From IMG/VR virus record IMGVR_UViG_3300032116_000001, positions 62,001-126,000 of that record: 64,000 nucleotides of DNA. One strand, 5' to 3'. Position 1 is the first letter of the stretch, and every line of letters begins with the position of its first letter. The position numbers and the translations under genes are program-made. Shown piece by piece: positions 63,224 through 64,000 of the stretch. The notes under the pieces are model-generated. The model was not told the DNA's origin, did not search any database, and saw nothing but the letters and a program-made list of their open reading frames with translations.

Positions 63224-64000
63224 ATGGCAGATCGAATTTTCCCCACACAAATCCAAGGCGATGGCCTTGATTCGGAAAAAGTTTTCACTGGTATCAACTG
63301 GGACGATTTTGGTTCACGTCTTGCGCAAGTTCGCGAAGCCGAAGGTACCGAAATGTCTCCTGAAGTGAGAGAATATCTTGATTCACTCAAAAACGATGAA
63401 TCTGATTTTGCTTACGAAGATGATGTAACAGCTGAAAACGAAAGCTCCAATGTCACGACCGCAAAGCGTGAACTTCCCGAAGCACTGGTAGAGCACCAAT
63501 TTAAGTCCAAGGACGAAGACGAAAATGACGAGCAAGAAGAGTCTAAAATTGTAAGAGGCAAAGAGGCTTCTGCTCAAAACAGAAGAGTAGTCTTCTCTAG
63601 CGCCAAGCAGCTGACTGCCGAGGCTATTGAAGAGGCTAAGGCCAAGGGTGATCAGGGGCTGGTTAATGCAATTTTGGCTGCCAGAAATGATCGAAGAACC
63701 GCTCTTGCGGCCAAGATCGCGGAAGCCGCCAAAGAGCAGGTAGACAAGAATGTTCGCATTGCTGAGCGAAATGCTTATCGTATGTCGATTGTGAATTCTG
63801 TTGAAGAAACCTCTAAAAAAATTACAGAAGCTGCGGCAAGTAACAACACCAAGGTTGCCTCTGACAATGATGGTTTTGTGAAAATTTCTGACCTCAAGGG
63901 GCAAGAAAGACAGGCATTTATTAAGAAGTGCGCCAGCCAGGGCTTCCCCGAGGAATATGTTTCTGCAATGCTTGGTGAAACACTGCAGGCAAATGCTGAT
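63224..64000 (+). CDS. Acidic/Ala-rich hypothetical protein (possible scaffold or head protein); runs off the right edge
   Basis: Not in the track. SD AAGGAGG at 63205-63211, ATG 63224 (MADRIFPTQIQG...), open to the end; AGGT-N18-GAAG promoter. Confidence 0.8.
   Translation, partial: MADRIFPTQIQGDGLDSEKVFTGINWDDFGSRLAQVREAEGTEMSPEVREYLDSLKNDESDFAYEDDVTAENESSNVTTAKRELPEALVEHQFKSKDEDENDEQEESKIVRGKEASAQNRRVVFSSAKQLTAEAIEEAKAKGDQGLVNAILAARNDRRTALAAKIAEAAKEQVDKNVRIAERNAYRMSIVNSVEETSKKITEAAASNNTKVASDNDGFVKISDLKGQERQAFIKKCASQGFPEEYVSAMLGETLQANAD

Noticed and set aside
63383-63904. 173-aa minus-strand ORF in the track
   Set aside because: Shadow of the plus-strand gene starting at 63224, which has a strong SD and a promoter.
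1-64000. Genome-wide stop-codon reassignment (TAG or TGA), as in some jumbo phages
   Set aside because: Long conserved genes are intact in code 11, coding density is high, and TAG and TGA end several genes at sensible positions.
1-64000. Bacterial chromosome (dnaE, dnaN, dnaX, recA, infC present)
   Set aside because: Terminase, gp32-like SSB, split SbcC and DnaG, highly divergent orthologues, infC without rpmI/rplT, and many ORFans indicate a large phage.

Overview
This window is an AT-rich, densely coding segment of a jumbo ('huge') tailed phage genome in genetic code 11. I found no rRNA, tRNA or CRISPR array. Left arm (1-16 kb): mostly minus-strand accessory and putative virion genes (Ugd, PD-(D/E)XK nuclease, Fic, SLOG, GIY-YIG, RusA, DUF1599). 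Middle (16-52 kb): a plus-strand, bacterial-type replication, recombination and nucleotide block. It holds split SbcC plus SbcD, a Ycf46-type AAA, a DnaC-like loader, DnaB, split DnaG, DnaE, SSB, RecA, dCMP deaminase, RecJ, class II RNR, dUTPase, DnaX, DnaN and a HolA-like protein. Host-takeover genes are interleaved (IF-3, SpoVS, SigH-like and other sigma-like factors). Right end (52-64 kb): the start of the morphogenesis region (TerS-like, TerL with a class 3 intein, Glf, DUF192, putative head proteins). The best candidate for an undescribed system has three parts: (i) a shared ~28-aa terminal tag (LxxxAxxLDxxGxxxxAD/NxxD/T...K/RxA) on six mostly unrelated proteins; (ii) two large, apparently paralogous sigma-like proteins that carry this tag and could be virion-delivered; (iii) a SigH-like AGG-N19-GAAW promoter, or a close variant, at about 13 sites, mostly in front of tagged or late genes. 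Other highlights: IF-3 probably starting at AUA, a degenerate internal duplication in the DnaE palm, hairpins over translation starts, and apparent absence of CCGG alongside an orphan restriction-like nuclease. All family calls come from motif recognition by eye; no database search was run.
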